The position numbers were made by a program, and so were the translations under genes. The notes beneath the pieces were generated by a model that saw nothing but the letters and a program-made list of their open reading frames with translations, was not told the origin of the DNA and searched no databases. A DNA stretch of 64,000 bases from Myxococcota bacterium (GTDB lineage Bacteria > Myxococcota_A > UBA796 > CAJQPC01): assembly GCA_036229005.1 (NCBI GenBank), contig JAZAMN010000062.1, positions 54,257 through 118,256 of the forward strand. Direction: 5' to 3'. Each line of letters starts with the position of its first letter. The stretch's first letter is position 1. This document shows positions 1-8,798 of this stretch, piece by piece.

Positions 1-21
1 CACCATGGAGGACCTCCACCC

Positions 22-456
22 ATGAGCCGTCTCGTCCGAAGTCCCTCTCGCCAGGGCAGCAGCTCCGTGGAGTTCGCGCTGGTCTTCTCCATGGTCCTCT
101 TCCCTCTGCTCATCGGCACCGTCGAGGCCGGGGTCTACGTCCACCAGATCGACGCCGCAGCGGACGCTGTGGTCGTGGCCGGCCGCGCTGCAGCCGGCGT
201 GGCCCTGGAGGACGATCCCGCCGCCACCTTCGATGAGCGCATGGCCATCGAGCTCAGCGAGCGCGGCATCATGCCCAGCCCCGTCATGGACAACATGCTG
301 CTCAGCTCCTCCGTCAGCGGGGAGTCGCCCGAGCGTATGCTGGATGTCGAGGTGCAGTTCGACTACGGCGGCATCATCGGGATCCTCCCCACGCCCGACC
401 ACGTCCGGGTCAAGCGCCGCTTCCGGCTGGAGGACCAGGTAGAGTACGGGACATGA
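22..456 (+). CDS. TadE/TadG-like pilin-type protein
   Basis: N-terminal 'RQGSSSVEFALV' followed by a hydrophobic helix, typical of TadE-like pseudopilins; GGAGG RBS upstream. Confidence 0.75.
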   Translation: MSRLVRSPSRQGSSSVEFALVFSMVLFPLLIGTVEAGVYVHQIDAAADAVVVAGRAAAGVALEDDPAATFDERMAIELSERGIMPSPVMDNMLLSSSVSGESPERMLDVEVQFDYGGIIGILPTPDHVRVKRRFRLEDQVEYGT

Positions 457-782
457 GCTACGCCTACACCGTCCGCTGCCGCTTCGATGACCCCCAGGTT
501 GCGGAGCGCTGGGCACGCTGGATGGAGGCGGAGCACTTCCAGGACCTGCTGGATGCCGGCGCGCTCCGCGCCGAGCTGGTGGGGCTGCAGGGGGAGGGGA
601 CCACGCTCGAGTGCCGATACCTCTTCGCGGATCAGGCGGCCTTCCACCGCTACCAGGAGCAGCACGGGCCCAGGCTGCGCGCCGAGGGGCTCTCCCGCTT
701 CCCGCTCGCGCTGGGGCTTCACTACAGCCGCAGCGAAGGCCCGGTGCGGCTCTCCAGGACTCCGGCTCCAGGCCAGGTGTAA
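453..782 (+). CDS. DUF4286-like small protein
   Basis: 'W..WM..EH..DLL..G' and 'Y...H.PRLR.EG...F' pattern; ATGA overlap with the previous gene. Confidence 0.65.
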   Translation: MSYAYTVRCRFDDPQVAERWARWMEAEHFQDLLDAGALRAELVGLQGEGTTLECRYLFADQAAFHRYQEQHGPRLRAEGLSRFPLALGLHYSRSEGPVRLSRTPAPGQV

Positions 783-828
783 GTCCCGGGCCCTCTGCGT
801 CGTACACTCAGGGCAACAGGGAGCTTGC

Positions 829-1950
829 GTGCTGGTCTTCACACTGCTGGGTTGCTTTGGCATGGGCCCCGGGCTGGTCGGGATGCCCGAACCCTATGAG
901 CAGCTCGCCTGGCTAAGCCGGAACGTGCCGCTGGTGAGCGTAGAGGGGGCCGAGGTGATGCGCCTGGAGGAGTTCCTGGTGCCCCAGCTCTGGTACGCCG
1001 ACTCGGTGGACCCGAGCACGGTGCAGGAGTGCTTTGAGGGGGAGCGCGTCCACGAGTACATCCCGTCGACCTATGCGCACGTGGAGATCGCCTGGGACGC
1101 CATCCGCGTCGCCGATGAGTACACCGTCTCCATGAGCGGCAAGCCGGACGACTACGAGTGGAACGGCGCGCGCATCGAGAGTCTCTATGTGCGCCTGCTG
1201 GAGCTCAAGAGCCAGACCCGCCTGCTCTCTACGGCCTGCTTCCCGGACGTCGGCGACAAGCTGCTGGTCAGCGTGGACCCCGCCGCCCCCGCGCCCTTGG
1301 TTTGGGCGGTGCTCGAGAGCGCTCGGCAGGCGGGCTTCCGGGACTTCTACCTGGCGGTGGATGACCCGGTCGCCAAGGCCGACGCCGAGCGTCACCCGGC
1401 CTACCCCCGCTTTGAGCCTGGCGCCGGCAAGGCCCGAGAGCGCCCGCCCGCCCTCAGCGCCGAGGAGCTCGCCGAGGCTCGGGATCAGCTCGCGCGGGGG
1501 CTGCGCGTGAACAGCGAACAGGGGTCGTGCAGAGACCGGGCGCGGCTGCAGATCGATCCGAGCGGCTTCCGCCTGAGCCAGGAGCCGGTGCACACCACCG
1601 CACGCTGGGAGGAGCAGGCTCCCAGCCTGGAGGGCCTCAAGGATGGTGTCCCGGGCGAGGTCTCGGCGGTGTTCCTCTCGCCACAGGAGGAGGCCACCGC
1701 CACGCAGCTCCTGCAGGCTGCGGCCAACCTCCACAGCGCGGGGGAGACCCTGGCCCTCTCGCCCTTGGGGGAGGCCAACGTGGGCTTCCTGTGGGGGGGA
1801 ACCCAGCCGCGGATCCCGGTGTGGACGGGCAGCAACAGCTACGAGTCGCTGGAGGCAGAGGCCTGGCAGCCGGTGATTCACCTGACCATGCCCCTGCGCG
1901 CCAGTAGCGTGCCTTGCGTCGATGAGAGCGGGATACGTTGGAGCCACTGA
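829..1950 (+). CDS. Putative lipoprotein with ExbD/TolR-like segments
   Basis: GTG start after a GGGAG RBS, then 'LVFTLLGC' lipobox; 'LLVSVDPAAPAPLVWAVLESARQAGF' resembles the ExbD C-terminal motif; start chosen inside ORF 487..1950. Confidence 0.5.
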   Translation: MLVFTLLGCFGMGPGLVGMPEPYEQLAWLSRNVPLVSVEGAEVMRLEEFLVPQLWYADSVDPSTVQECFEGERVHEYIPSTYAHVEIAWDAIRVADEYTVSMSGKPDDYEWNGARIESLYVRLLELKSQTRLLSTACFPDVGDKLLVSVDPAAPAPLVWAVLESARQAGFRDFYLAVDDPVAKADAERHPAYPRFEPGAGKARERPPALSAEELAEARDQLARGLRVNSEQGSCRDRARLQIDPSGFRLSQEPVHTTARWEEQAPSLEGLKDGVPGEVSAVFLSPQEEATATQLLQAAANLHSAGETLALSPLGEANVGFLWGGTQPRIPVWTGSNSYESLEAEAWQPVIHLTMPLRASSVPCVDESGIRWSH

Positions 1951-1962
1951 CAGGGGCCCTCG

Positions 1963-2793
1963 GTGACCGGCGGCGCAGAAGTCTTCCTCCCGGCCGCGCT
2001 CGCTGCGGCCATGGCAATCGCCGCCACCGTCGCTGTTGAGCGCTGGGGCGGCATCATCGGCGGAGTGCTCGGCACGCTCCCAACCACAATCGTCCCGGCG
2101 GCCTTCGGCCTGCTGGCGGTCTCTCCGGACGCGGAGGCCTTCCGGGACGCGATCTACATCACGCCAGTGGGCATGTTCCTGAACGCCGGATTCCTGTGGC
2201 TGTGGCGGGTGCTCCCGCCGCGACTCCCAGAGCGTCCGCTCCCGCAGCGCCTCGCCAGCATGGTGATGTTGACTCTCAGTGCCTGGGCCATCATGGCGGC
2301 TCTGGCGGTGGGCCTCTCCCACCTCCTCAAGGGACTGGGCCTCTCCTCCCTCTTCCTGGGGCTTGGAGCCACGCTGGTGACCCTGGGCGCTGGGCTCGCG
2401 GCCACCCGGGAGACCCACCCTGCGCCCCGAGGGACCCGCAAGGTCAGCCCGCTGGTGCTCATCGGGCGGGGGCTCCTTGCGGCGACGGCGATCGCTGTCT
2501 CTGTGCTGATCGCGCGGGTGGGCGGCAGCTTCCTGGCGGGGATGGCTGCGGTGTTCCCCGCCATCTTCCTGACCACGATGGTGGGGCTGTGGCTGTCCCA
2601 GGGCTCCGCGGTGCCCAGCGGGGCGGTGGGGCCCATGATGCTGGGCTCCTGCTCGGTGCAGGTCTTCTCGCTGATCTGCGGCTGGTCGATGCCGGCGCTG
2701 GGGAGCGGCTGGGGAGCGGCCCTGGCCTGGGTTCTGGCGGCGCTGGGGGTCAGCCTGCCTGTGGCCACCTGGCTACGGCGCAAGCGGGCTTGA
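1963..2793 (+). CDS. Multi-pass membrane protein with two internal repeats
   Basis: Many hydrophobic helices; repeated 'ER.GG.IGG..GTLP' / 'RVGGSFLAG.AAVFP' halves. Confidence 0.7.
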   Translation: MTGGAEVFLPAALAAAMAIAATVAVERWGGIIGGVLGTLPTTIVPAAFGLLAVSPDAEAFRDAIYITPVGMFLNAGFLWLWRVLPPRLPERPLPQRLASMVMLTLSAWAIMAALAVGLSHLLKGLGLSSLFLGLGATLVTLGAGLAATRETHPAPRGTRKVSPLVLIGRGLLAATAIAVSVLIARVGGSFLAGMAAVFPAIFLTTMVGLWLSQGSAVPSGAVGPMMLGSCSVQVFSLICGWSMPALGSGWGAALAWVLAALGVSLPVATWLRRKRA

Positions 2794-2840
2794 GGGCCGT
2801 CTGAGGGGCTCCTGGGGCCAAGCAAGGCCGTCCAGGGGGT

Positions 2841-4112
2841 TCAGTGGCGGAAGACCCGGGTGATGCGGCCAGGCGGGTTGGCCTGGTACTCGCGGACGAT
2901 CTCGTCCAGGCGCCGGAAGCCCAGGGCGCTGGACAGGGACTCCAGGGCCGTGCGCTCCTGCCGGTTGAGCTGGGAGGCCTGGAGGACCATGGCGACGGCC
3001 AGGCGCACGACCAGCTCGATGTCGTCGGGGTGCAGGCGGTCGGCGCGGCGGCGGAGCTCGCCGGGGGCGCCGGAGACGAAGTCCAGCCGGTTCTTGACCG
3101 CGGAGTCCAGGATGTCCGAGAGCGGGAAGCTGCAGGAGAGCTTCATGTGGACATCGGTGAGGGCGCTGCGCTCGGGGGGCGAGAGCTCGCCGTCGGCCAG
3201 GGCCACGTAGACCATGGCGATCAGCGCCACGGCCTGCTGGTTGGGGTGGGAGAGGGGGCGGCTGCCGCCAGGCCCGGGGCCGCTGCGCTCATCGAGCTTG
3301 CGCAGGATGCCAGCGATCTGCTTGTCGATGCTGCGGAAGCCGCGGGACGAGAACATCGCCGCGTTCTTGCGCAGCATCACGAGGTCCAGGGCGCCGAGCT
3401 CGATGGCCTTGAAGCGGATGGGGATCATGGGGTGGGTGCGCACCCACTCGTGGCCCTCGCCTTCATCGTCGATGTGGCTGACGAGCTCGTCGTACTGGCT
3501 GCGCAGGCTGTTGAGGATCCGGGTCTGGTCGATGCCCGGGATCCCACTGCTCGTCTTGAAGAGCGCAGAGGTGGCGGCGGCCAGGTTGCCGGCGCACACG
3601 AGGCCGATGCGGTCTGCGGAGACCTCGGCGGCGCGTGACCAGGCCAGCAGGCTCTGGGCGGTGCTCGCGTCCACCCCCTGCTCGTCGCGGAAGACCTCGT
3701 GGATGGAGAAACTGGAGTGCTTGAAGAGCACGTGGCCCAGCTCATGGCCCATCACGAAGGTCAGCTCGTCCAAGGTGAAGTCCTTGAGCAGCGAGCTGTG
3801 GATGAGGATGTCGAAGCGGTCCCCGTGGGCGAACACCGAGGCGTTGTATTCAGGGGACTGCTGGACGTAGAGGTCGCCCTTGAGCTCCCCCCCCAGCAGG
3901 GAGAGGCACTCGATGTAGCGGGCGTGGACCTCGGGCAGCAGGTCGGGGGTGATGCGGACGGCGTCCCCGAGCAGGCTGCGCTTGCGCGCGTGGAACTGCT
4001 CCCGGATGACGGCCTGGCGCTTGGAGACCCGGTCGGGCCCCAGGGTGCGCTTGACGGTGTCCAGGAGCTCGGCCTCGTAGGAGAAGCGGAGCTGTTCCAG
4101 CTGCGCGCGCAT
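2841..4112 (-). CDS. M48-family Zn metallopeptidase with C-terminal TerB-like domain
   Basis: HELGH zinc motif, 'E.SADR', 'THP....R'; C-terminal 'VALADGELSPPE' TerB-type motif. Confidence 0.85.
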   Translation of the reverse strand: MRAQLEQLRFSYEAELLDTVKRTLGPDRVSKRQAVIREQFHARKRSLLGDAVRITPDLLPEVHARYIECLSLLGGELKGDLYVQQSPEYNASVFAHGDRFDILIHSSLLKDFTLDELTFVMGHELGHVLFKHSSFSIHEVFRDEQGVDASTAQSLLAWSRAAEVSADRIGLVCAGNLAAATSALFKTSSGIPGIDQTRILNSLRSQYDELVSHIDDEGEGHEWVRTHPMIPIRFKAIELGALDLVMLRKNAAMFSSRGFRSIDKQIAGILRKLDERSGPGPGGSRPLSHPNQQAVALIAMVYVALADGELSPPERSALTDVHMKLSCSFPLSDILDSAVKNRLDFVSGAPGELRRRADRLHPDDIELVVRLAVAMVLQASQLNRQERTALESLSSALGFRRLDEIVREYQANPPGRITRVFRH

Positions 4113-4115
4113 CGC

Positions 4116-5312
4116 TCAGTCCTTGGAGCCAGCGGTCCACTTGAGGCCCCACCCGTAGGTGCGGTCGCAGTCGACGTGGTCCTCGTGGAAGGTCGCGGTC
4201 TTGGTGACCTTGACGGTGCCGTCGTCCAGGAAGTCGATCCAGCAGATCGAGCAGAAGGTGCGCTTGTCGGCGGCCTTGCCCAGCTCCACGATGAGCTCGG
4301 GGCAGCCGGGCGCCTTCACGGACACCACGCCGTCGGTGTGGGCCCAGTTGGCGGCGCCCTCGTAGATGTAGGTGAACACCATGATGCGGCGGAGGTTGTG
4401 CCGCTCGGCCAGGTTCACCTTGACGTTCTCGCCCGCGGAGGCGGAGCCCGTGCGGTCATCGCCCATGTGGTAGATCCAGGGCAGGTCCTCGAAGCGGCCC
4501 TGCTGGAGGAGGCCCTGGTTCAGGGGCTGCACACAGGCCCGGACGGGCTCGTTGGTGCGGGGGTCGATGATCTTGGTCTCGAAGTAGACGCCCAGGTCCA
4601 GGTCGACGCTGTCGTCGCTGGAGAAGAGGCTGGCAAAGAAGCCCTTCTTCTCCTGGGTGGGGCCCTGGTTCCAGTTCAGGTTGATCAGCAGCTCGTCGCT
4701 GCTGCCCTTGACGACCTTGGGCTTGATTGCGAAGGAGTCGCCCTTCTGGGCCAGGGTGATCTTGGACTGGACCTTGAGCTCGCCGGCGCCGGGAACGCTG
4801 TTGCGGAAGCCCTCCAGGTCCATGACCATGGAGTCGTTGACCAACTGGGCGCCCATGAAGGAGGCGGTGAACTTGGCCAGGATGGCCACGGAGCCGGTCT
4901 TGGAGGAGTCCAGGTTGATGACGTGGGACTCGCCCTTGTCGGTGACGACCTCGACGCGGGCGTCGTAGTCGTTGAACACCTTGTTGGCCTGGCCCTGCGC
5001 GTCGGTGAAGTTCAGCGCGCAGATGTAGAGCTCCTCGATGTCGTCGAGCTTGGTGATGCGCAGCTCCTCGCGGTTGTCACCGCCGGTCGCGCCCACACCC
5101 TCGTCGCCGGAGAGCTGCATGAAGGGGAAGGCGTTCAGGTCGCCCAGGCTGCCCCCTGCGTAGTTGTCGCTGTAGACACCGCCGGTGCGTCCGTCCTTGG
5201 TCTTGTAGAAGGCCATCAGGTCCAGGTCGACCGCGCTGGTCCAGACCAGGGAGACCTTGAGCTGCTTGAAGGCGCCGAGCTGGGCGCTGGCGCCCTTTTG
5301 CTTGAGTTCCAT
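4116..5312 (-). CDS. Two-domain TerD/TerA-like stress protein
   Basis: Two TerD-type domains ('DLDLMAFY..LSGDEG..GDNREE' and 'LNWNQ..DLDLG..GDDRTG..GEN'); start at MELKQKG with GGAG RBS. Confidence 0.85.
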   Translation of the reverse strand: MELKQKGASAQLGAFKQLKVSLVWTSAVDLDLMAFYKTKDGRTGGVYSDNYAGGSLGDLNAFPFMQLSGDEGVGATGGDNREELRITKLDDIEELYICALNFTDAQGQANKVFNDYDARVEVVTDKGESHVINLDSSKTGSVAILAKFTASFMGAQLVNDSMVMDLEGFRNSVPGAGELKVQSKITLAQKGDSFAIKPKVVKGSSDELLINLNWNQGPTQEKKGFFASLFSSDDSVDLDLGVYFETKIIDPRTNEPVRACVQPLNQGLLQQGRFEDLPWIYHMGDDRTGSASAGENVKVNLAERHNLRRIMVFTYIYEGAANWAHTDGVVSVKAPGCPELIVELGKAADKRTFCSICWIDFLDDGTVKVTKTATFHEDHVDCDRTYGWGLKWTAGSKD

Positions 5313-5406
5313 GTGGACGGACTCCAGAAGTCGAAGGGGAAAGGGGCGGGTCTCGGTCCCGCGGGGCCACAACGCGCCCGGCGCTGAGGCCCTTACAGTG
5401 CAGGGC

Positions 5407-6537
5407 TCAGGCGATGCCCGAGACCTGGGCGGCCCGGTAGAGCACAAAGCCCAGCCAGCCAAAGTAGAGCGCGAAGAGGGTGAGCGCCTTGCCGCGGCCG
5501 ACCTTCTTCCCGGCCAGGAAGAGGGTCAGCACGATGCCGGTGACCACCAGCAGGCCGATGCGCAGGACCTGGACGTCCGCGGAGTCGCCGAACTCGTGGG
5601 CGAGCTCGATGTTCCCGTAGACCAGGCCGTAGGCCAGCAGGGGCAGGCCCAGGGCCACGCAGATGTCGAAGATGTTGGAGCCCACGGCGTTGGCGACGGC
5701 GTCGTCGTAGTTGCCGTTCATGGCGTCGCGCACGGAGATCACGGTGTCGGGGACCGAGGTCGCCGCGGCCGCCAGGATGACCGTCGTGAAGTAGAGGGGC
5801 ACGTCGAGCTGGTGTGCGGTCTCGACCACGGCCCAGGACAGGAAGTAGCAGGCGATGCCGATGACGGTGGTGGCCAGGCCCAGGACCACCCAGGCGCTGC
5901 CCGTGGTGAAGTCCTTGCCGCCGAAGAGCAGGGTGTTGAAGTCGAAGGTCAGCGCCGCCTTCCACAGCGGGGTGTCCTCGTCGTCGTCCTCGTCCTCATC
6001 GTCGTCGTCGTCCTCGTCGGGGACGGCGCGGCCGGTCTTGAACTGCCACATCAGGAAGGAGAAGTAGACCAGGTAGATGGCGATCAGCGCGCCGCCCATC
6101 CACCAGGTGAGCGTGGTGTCCCCCAGGAAGTAGATGAGGGCCAGCTCGGCGAGGACGAAGAAGGCGCCGTCCCGCAGGACCGTGCCCTTGTCCAGCTCGA
6201 TGAAGGCCACCTTCTTGCGGGTGCCATCGGGCTGCTTGACGCCGATGAACATCACCGCCATGACGCTCACGGCCGGGATGATGACCGCGTTGAACACGGC
6301 GGAGCCGGCGCAGGTGGCCACGCCGCCGGAGAATCCGTCTTCGTCCTTGAAGGCGAAGAGCAGGAAGGTCGCCGTCAGCAGCTCCGGCAGGGAGCTGGCG
6401 ATGGCGTTGATGGTCGCGCCCTTCACGCCGGCTGGCATGTTCCGGCCGAGGTAGCCGCTCGCGTCCTCGAAGGGGTCGCAGGCGTACATGATCACGATGG
6501 AGGCGAGGACCACGGTCCCCAGTGCGGCGAAGAGCAT
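5407..6537 (-). CDS. Ca2+/cation antiporter (CaCA superfamily)
   Basis: Alpha-1 'SSLPE...GSAVFN' and alpha-2 'TSVPD...GSNIFD' repeats; central poly-acidic loop. Confidence 0.9.
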   Translation of the reverse strand: MLFAALGTVVLASIVIMYACDPFEDASGYLGRNMPAGVKGATINAIASSLPELLTATFLLFAFKDEDGFSGGVATCAGSAVFNAVIIPAVSVMAVMFIGVKQPDGTRKKVAFIELDKGTVLRDGAFFVLAELALIYFLGDTTLTWWMGGALIAIYLVYFSFLMWQFKTGRAVPDEDDDDDEDEDDDEDTPLWKAALTFDFNTLLFGGKDFTTGSAWVVLGLATTVIGIACYFLSWAVVETAHQLDVPLYFTTVILAAAATSVPDTVISVRDAMNGNYDDAVANAVGSNIFDICVALGLPLLAYGLVYGNIELAHEFGDSADVQVLRIGLLVVTGIVLTLFLAGKKVGRGKALTLFALYFGWLGFVLYRAAQVSGIA

Positions 6538-6645
6538 TCAGTCCTCAGCGCGGCGCGGGGCCGCGGGGGAGTCAGGGGAGGGGGGGCTCCCCTCGTCGGG
6601 ACGCGGGCCAAGATCGGCCCTCGTCCCAGGCGCTGGGCCCACCGC

Positions 6646-7014
6646 TCAGGCGAGCAGGGCCTTGAGGGAGTCCGGCAGCTCGACCTTGCTGGCGAGGTGC
6701 TGCAGCAGCGCCTTCTCCAGGGGATCGACCTGCCCGTCTCCGCGGATGGACAGCTCCAGGAAGGCGGCCTCCTCGGCGTCGATGCTCCCGTTGGAGAAGT
6801 CGTCGTCGAGGACGTGGCTGGAGATGGCGTCGATGAAGAAGGGCCCCCAGCTCTCATGCGCGCTGGTCTTGGCGTCGTTGAGGGCGAAGAGGAACTTGGC
6901 CTCGTCGCGGTCGATGACGCCGTCCTCGAAGAGGATGGTGGAGATGCGCTTGACCTCGGCGGCGTCGATGACGCCGTCCTCGAGGATCTCGGCCTTGAGC
7001 TGGTTCAGGTCCAT
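6646..7014 (-). CDS. Small acidic TerB-like protein with repeated DG.ID..E motifs
   Basis: Four motifs: DGVIDAAE, DGVIDRDE, NGSIDAEE, DGQVDPLE. Confidence 0.7.
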   Translation of the reverse strand: MDLNQLKAEILEDGVIDAAEVKRISTILFEDGVIDRDEAKFLFALNDAKTSAHESWGPFFIDAISSHVLDDDFSNGSIDAEEAAFLELSIRGDGQVDPLEKALLQHLASKVELPDSLKALLA

Positions 7015-7021
7015 GTCTTCC

Positions 7022-7552
7022 TCAGCCGTTGATGATGTCGAGGAGCTGCTGCAGGTTGGTCAGACCCTTGAGCGTGCCCGCGCTGGAGGTGTTGACCAGC
7101 TTGGATCCGACGGGGCCGTTCTCGATCATGGCGATGGAGGCGACGTTGCCGAAGGTGCCGGCGTCCAGGGTCACGCTGTGGCTGTTGCCGGTGTCGTCCA
7201 TCACGGACAGGCTGATGTCCGAGTCCTGGAAGCGAGCGGGCTTGCCGGCCTGCACCTGGCCGTAGTCCCAGGCCAGCAGCCAGATGGCCTTCATGTCGTC
7301 GAGCTTGGTGATGCGAAGCTGCTCTTCGTTGTCGCCGCCGGCGTCACCCTGGCCCTCGTCGCCGGAGAGCTGGATGTAGGGGAAGTCGTTCAGGTCACCC
7401 AGATCGCCGAAGTACACCAGCCCGTAGCTGCCGTCCTTCTTCTGGTAGGCGGCCGCCAGGTCGAAGTCCGCTGCGGTGGTCCACTTCATGGTGACCAGGA
7501 GCTGCTTGAAGCTGCCGACGTTTGCGGAAGCGCCCTTCTGCTTGAGTTCCAT
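7022..7552 (-). CDS. Single-domain TerD-family protein
   Basis: 'DFDLAAAY..PYIQLSGDEG..GDNEE'; close paralog of the N-terminal domain of 4116..5312; start MELKQKG. Confidence 0.85.
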   Translation of the reverse strand: MELKQKGASANVGSFKQLLVTMKWTTAADFDLAAAYQKKDGSYGLVYFGDLGDLNDFPYIQLSGDEGQGDAGGDNEEQLRITKLDDMKAIWLLAWDYGQVQAGKPARFQDSDISLSVMDDTGNSHSVTLDAGTFGNVASIAMIENGPVGSKLVNTSSAGTLKGLTNLQQLLDIING

Positions 7553-7675
7553 TCTTCCCTCTCTGTGGGTGACGTTTTCCGGGTGGCGCCGTGCCATGGA
7601 CGCGCACCGGGTGAATCTGCCTACCACCCTGGGGTTTTGCGGACAACTCCGATCCCCCGCTGGGCGCGGGCGCGC

Positions 7676-8797
7676 TCAGAACTCCTGCTTGCGCCGCTCC
7701 GCCGCCAGCCGCTCCGCGTGGGCCAGCCGCCGCTGCCGAGCCCGGAAGGCCACCACGCCCATGGACAGCAGCCCCAGCCCCATCGCGCCCGAGAGCATCA
7801 GCCAGGTGCTGTCGCCGACGGGGGACGGCCGCCGCTCCTGCAGCCACTGCTCCGGCTCCTCCCGGCCCAGGCGCTCCAGGCGCCGCAGGGTGCGCTCCTC
7901 CCAGTCCCAGCGCTCAAGCTGGCGCAGGATGTCTTCAGGGTCGGCGCCGCGGCGGTCGCTGGTCTGCCGGCTGGGGAAGAAGTGGTTGTCGTTGTTCCAG
8001 GCGCGCAGAGGCAGGTCGCTGTCCAGCAGCGGGTCGTCGGCGGCGACCACGGCCTCCAGGACCATGCCCTTGTCCAGCCAGCCGTTCCAGCCCAGGTCGG
8101 TGCAGCCCCGGGTGCAGCCGCCGATGGTGCCGGTGCCGTCCACGTGCAGGAAGACCCGCCCCTCAGGGCCCTCGATGAGTGGGGAGCCGGCCGGGGGCTC
8201 CACGCTGCTCAGGTCTCCCACGGAGCGCAGCAGGGCGGTGCTGAGGTGACCGCCGGGGCCCTCCTGCTTGCGCCAGCGCATCAGGTAGGGCGTGTACCCC
8301 AGCTCCAACAGCAGCGCCGACATCAGGATGGCGGCGTCGTCGCAGTCGCCTTGCTCGTCGACCAGCATCTCCACGGCGTACTTGGGGTACTCCGTCCAGC
8401 CCGTCTCCGCGTCCAGGTGGTAGTCCAGGGACTGCGAGATGCCCTGGACGTACCCGACCTTGACGGCGTCGGAGGTGATGCCCTGCTCAGTGAAGAAGGC
8501 CTCCAGGGCGCGGGCCAGGGGCTCCAGGTCCTGCTGGGAGGTCGCGATGAGCTCACTGGCCTGCGCGTGGGGGCCATTGCGCCGGGCCACGTAGGCGTCC
8601 ACGGACACGCCGATCTCCACCCAGGCCAGCTCCTGGCAGGAGACCTGGTAGCTGGGGCAGAAGGGCCAGGACAGCACGTGCACGCTGGGGTCGATGCTCT
8701 CCACCTGCCCGTGGGGCTGGTCGTCGTGGAACACCGCCGCGCTGCGGATGGCCGTGGAGGCCTGCGCGCTCAGCAGGCCGGAGAGCAGCAGCCACAT
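7676..8797 (-). CDS. Exported transglutaminase-like (Cys-His-Asp) protein with C-terminal membrane anchor
   Basis: Short signal 'MWLLLSGLLSAQA'; 'GDCDD' catalytic Cys motif, downstream 'GGHL' and 'HVDG'; C-terminal TM helix plus basic tail. Confidence 0.75.
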   Translation of the reverse strand: MWLLLSGLLSAQASTAIRSAAVFHDDQPHGQVESIDPSVHVLSWPFCPSYQVSCQELAWVEIGVSVDAYVARRNGPHAQASELIATSQQDLEPLARALEAFFTEQGITSDAVKVGYVQGISQSLDYHLDAETGWTEYPKYAVEMLVDEQGDCDDAAILMSALLLELGYTPYLMRWRKQEGPGGHLSTALLRSVGDLSSVEPPAGSPLIEGPEGRVFLHVDGTGTIGGCTRGCTDLGWNGWLDKGMVLEAVVAADDPLLDSDLPLRAWNNDNHFFPSRQTSDRRGADPEDILRQLERWDWEERTLRRLERLGREEPEQWLQERRPSPVGDSTWLMLSGAMGLGLLSMGVVAFRARQRRLAHAERLAAERRKQEF

Positions 8798-8798
8798 C

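Noticed and set aside
22..456. Complete Tad pilus locus
   Set aside because: Only one TadE-like gene is visible; any others would lie left of the window
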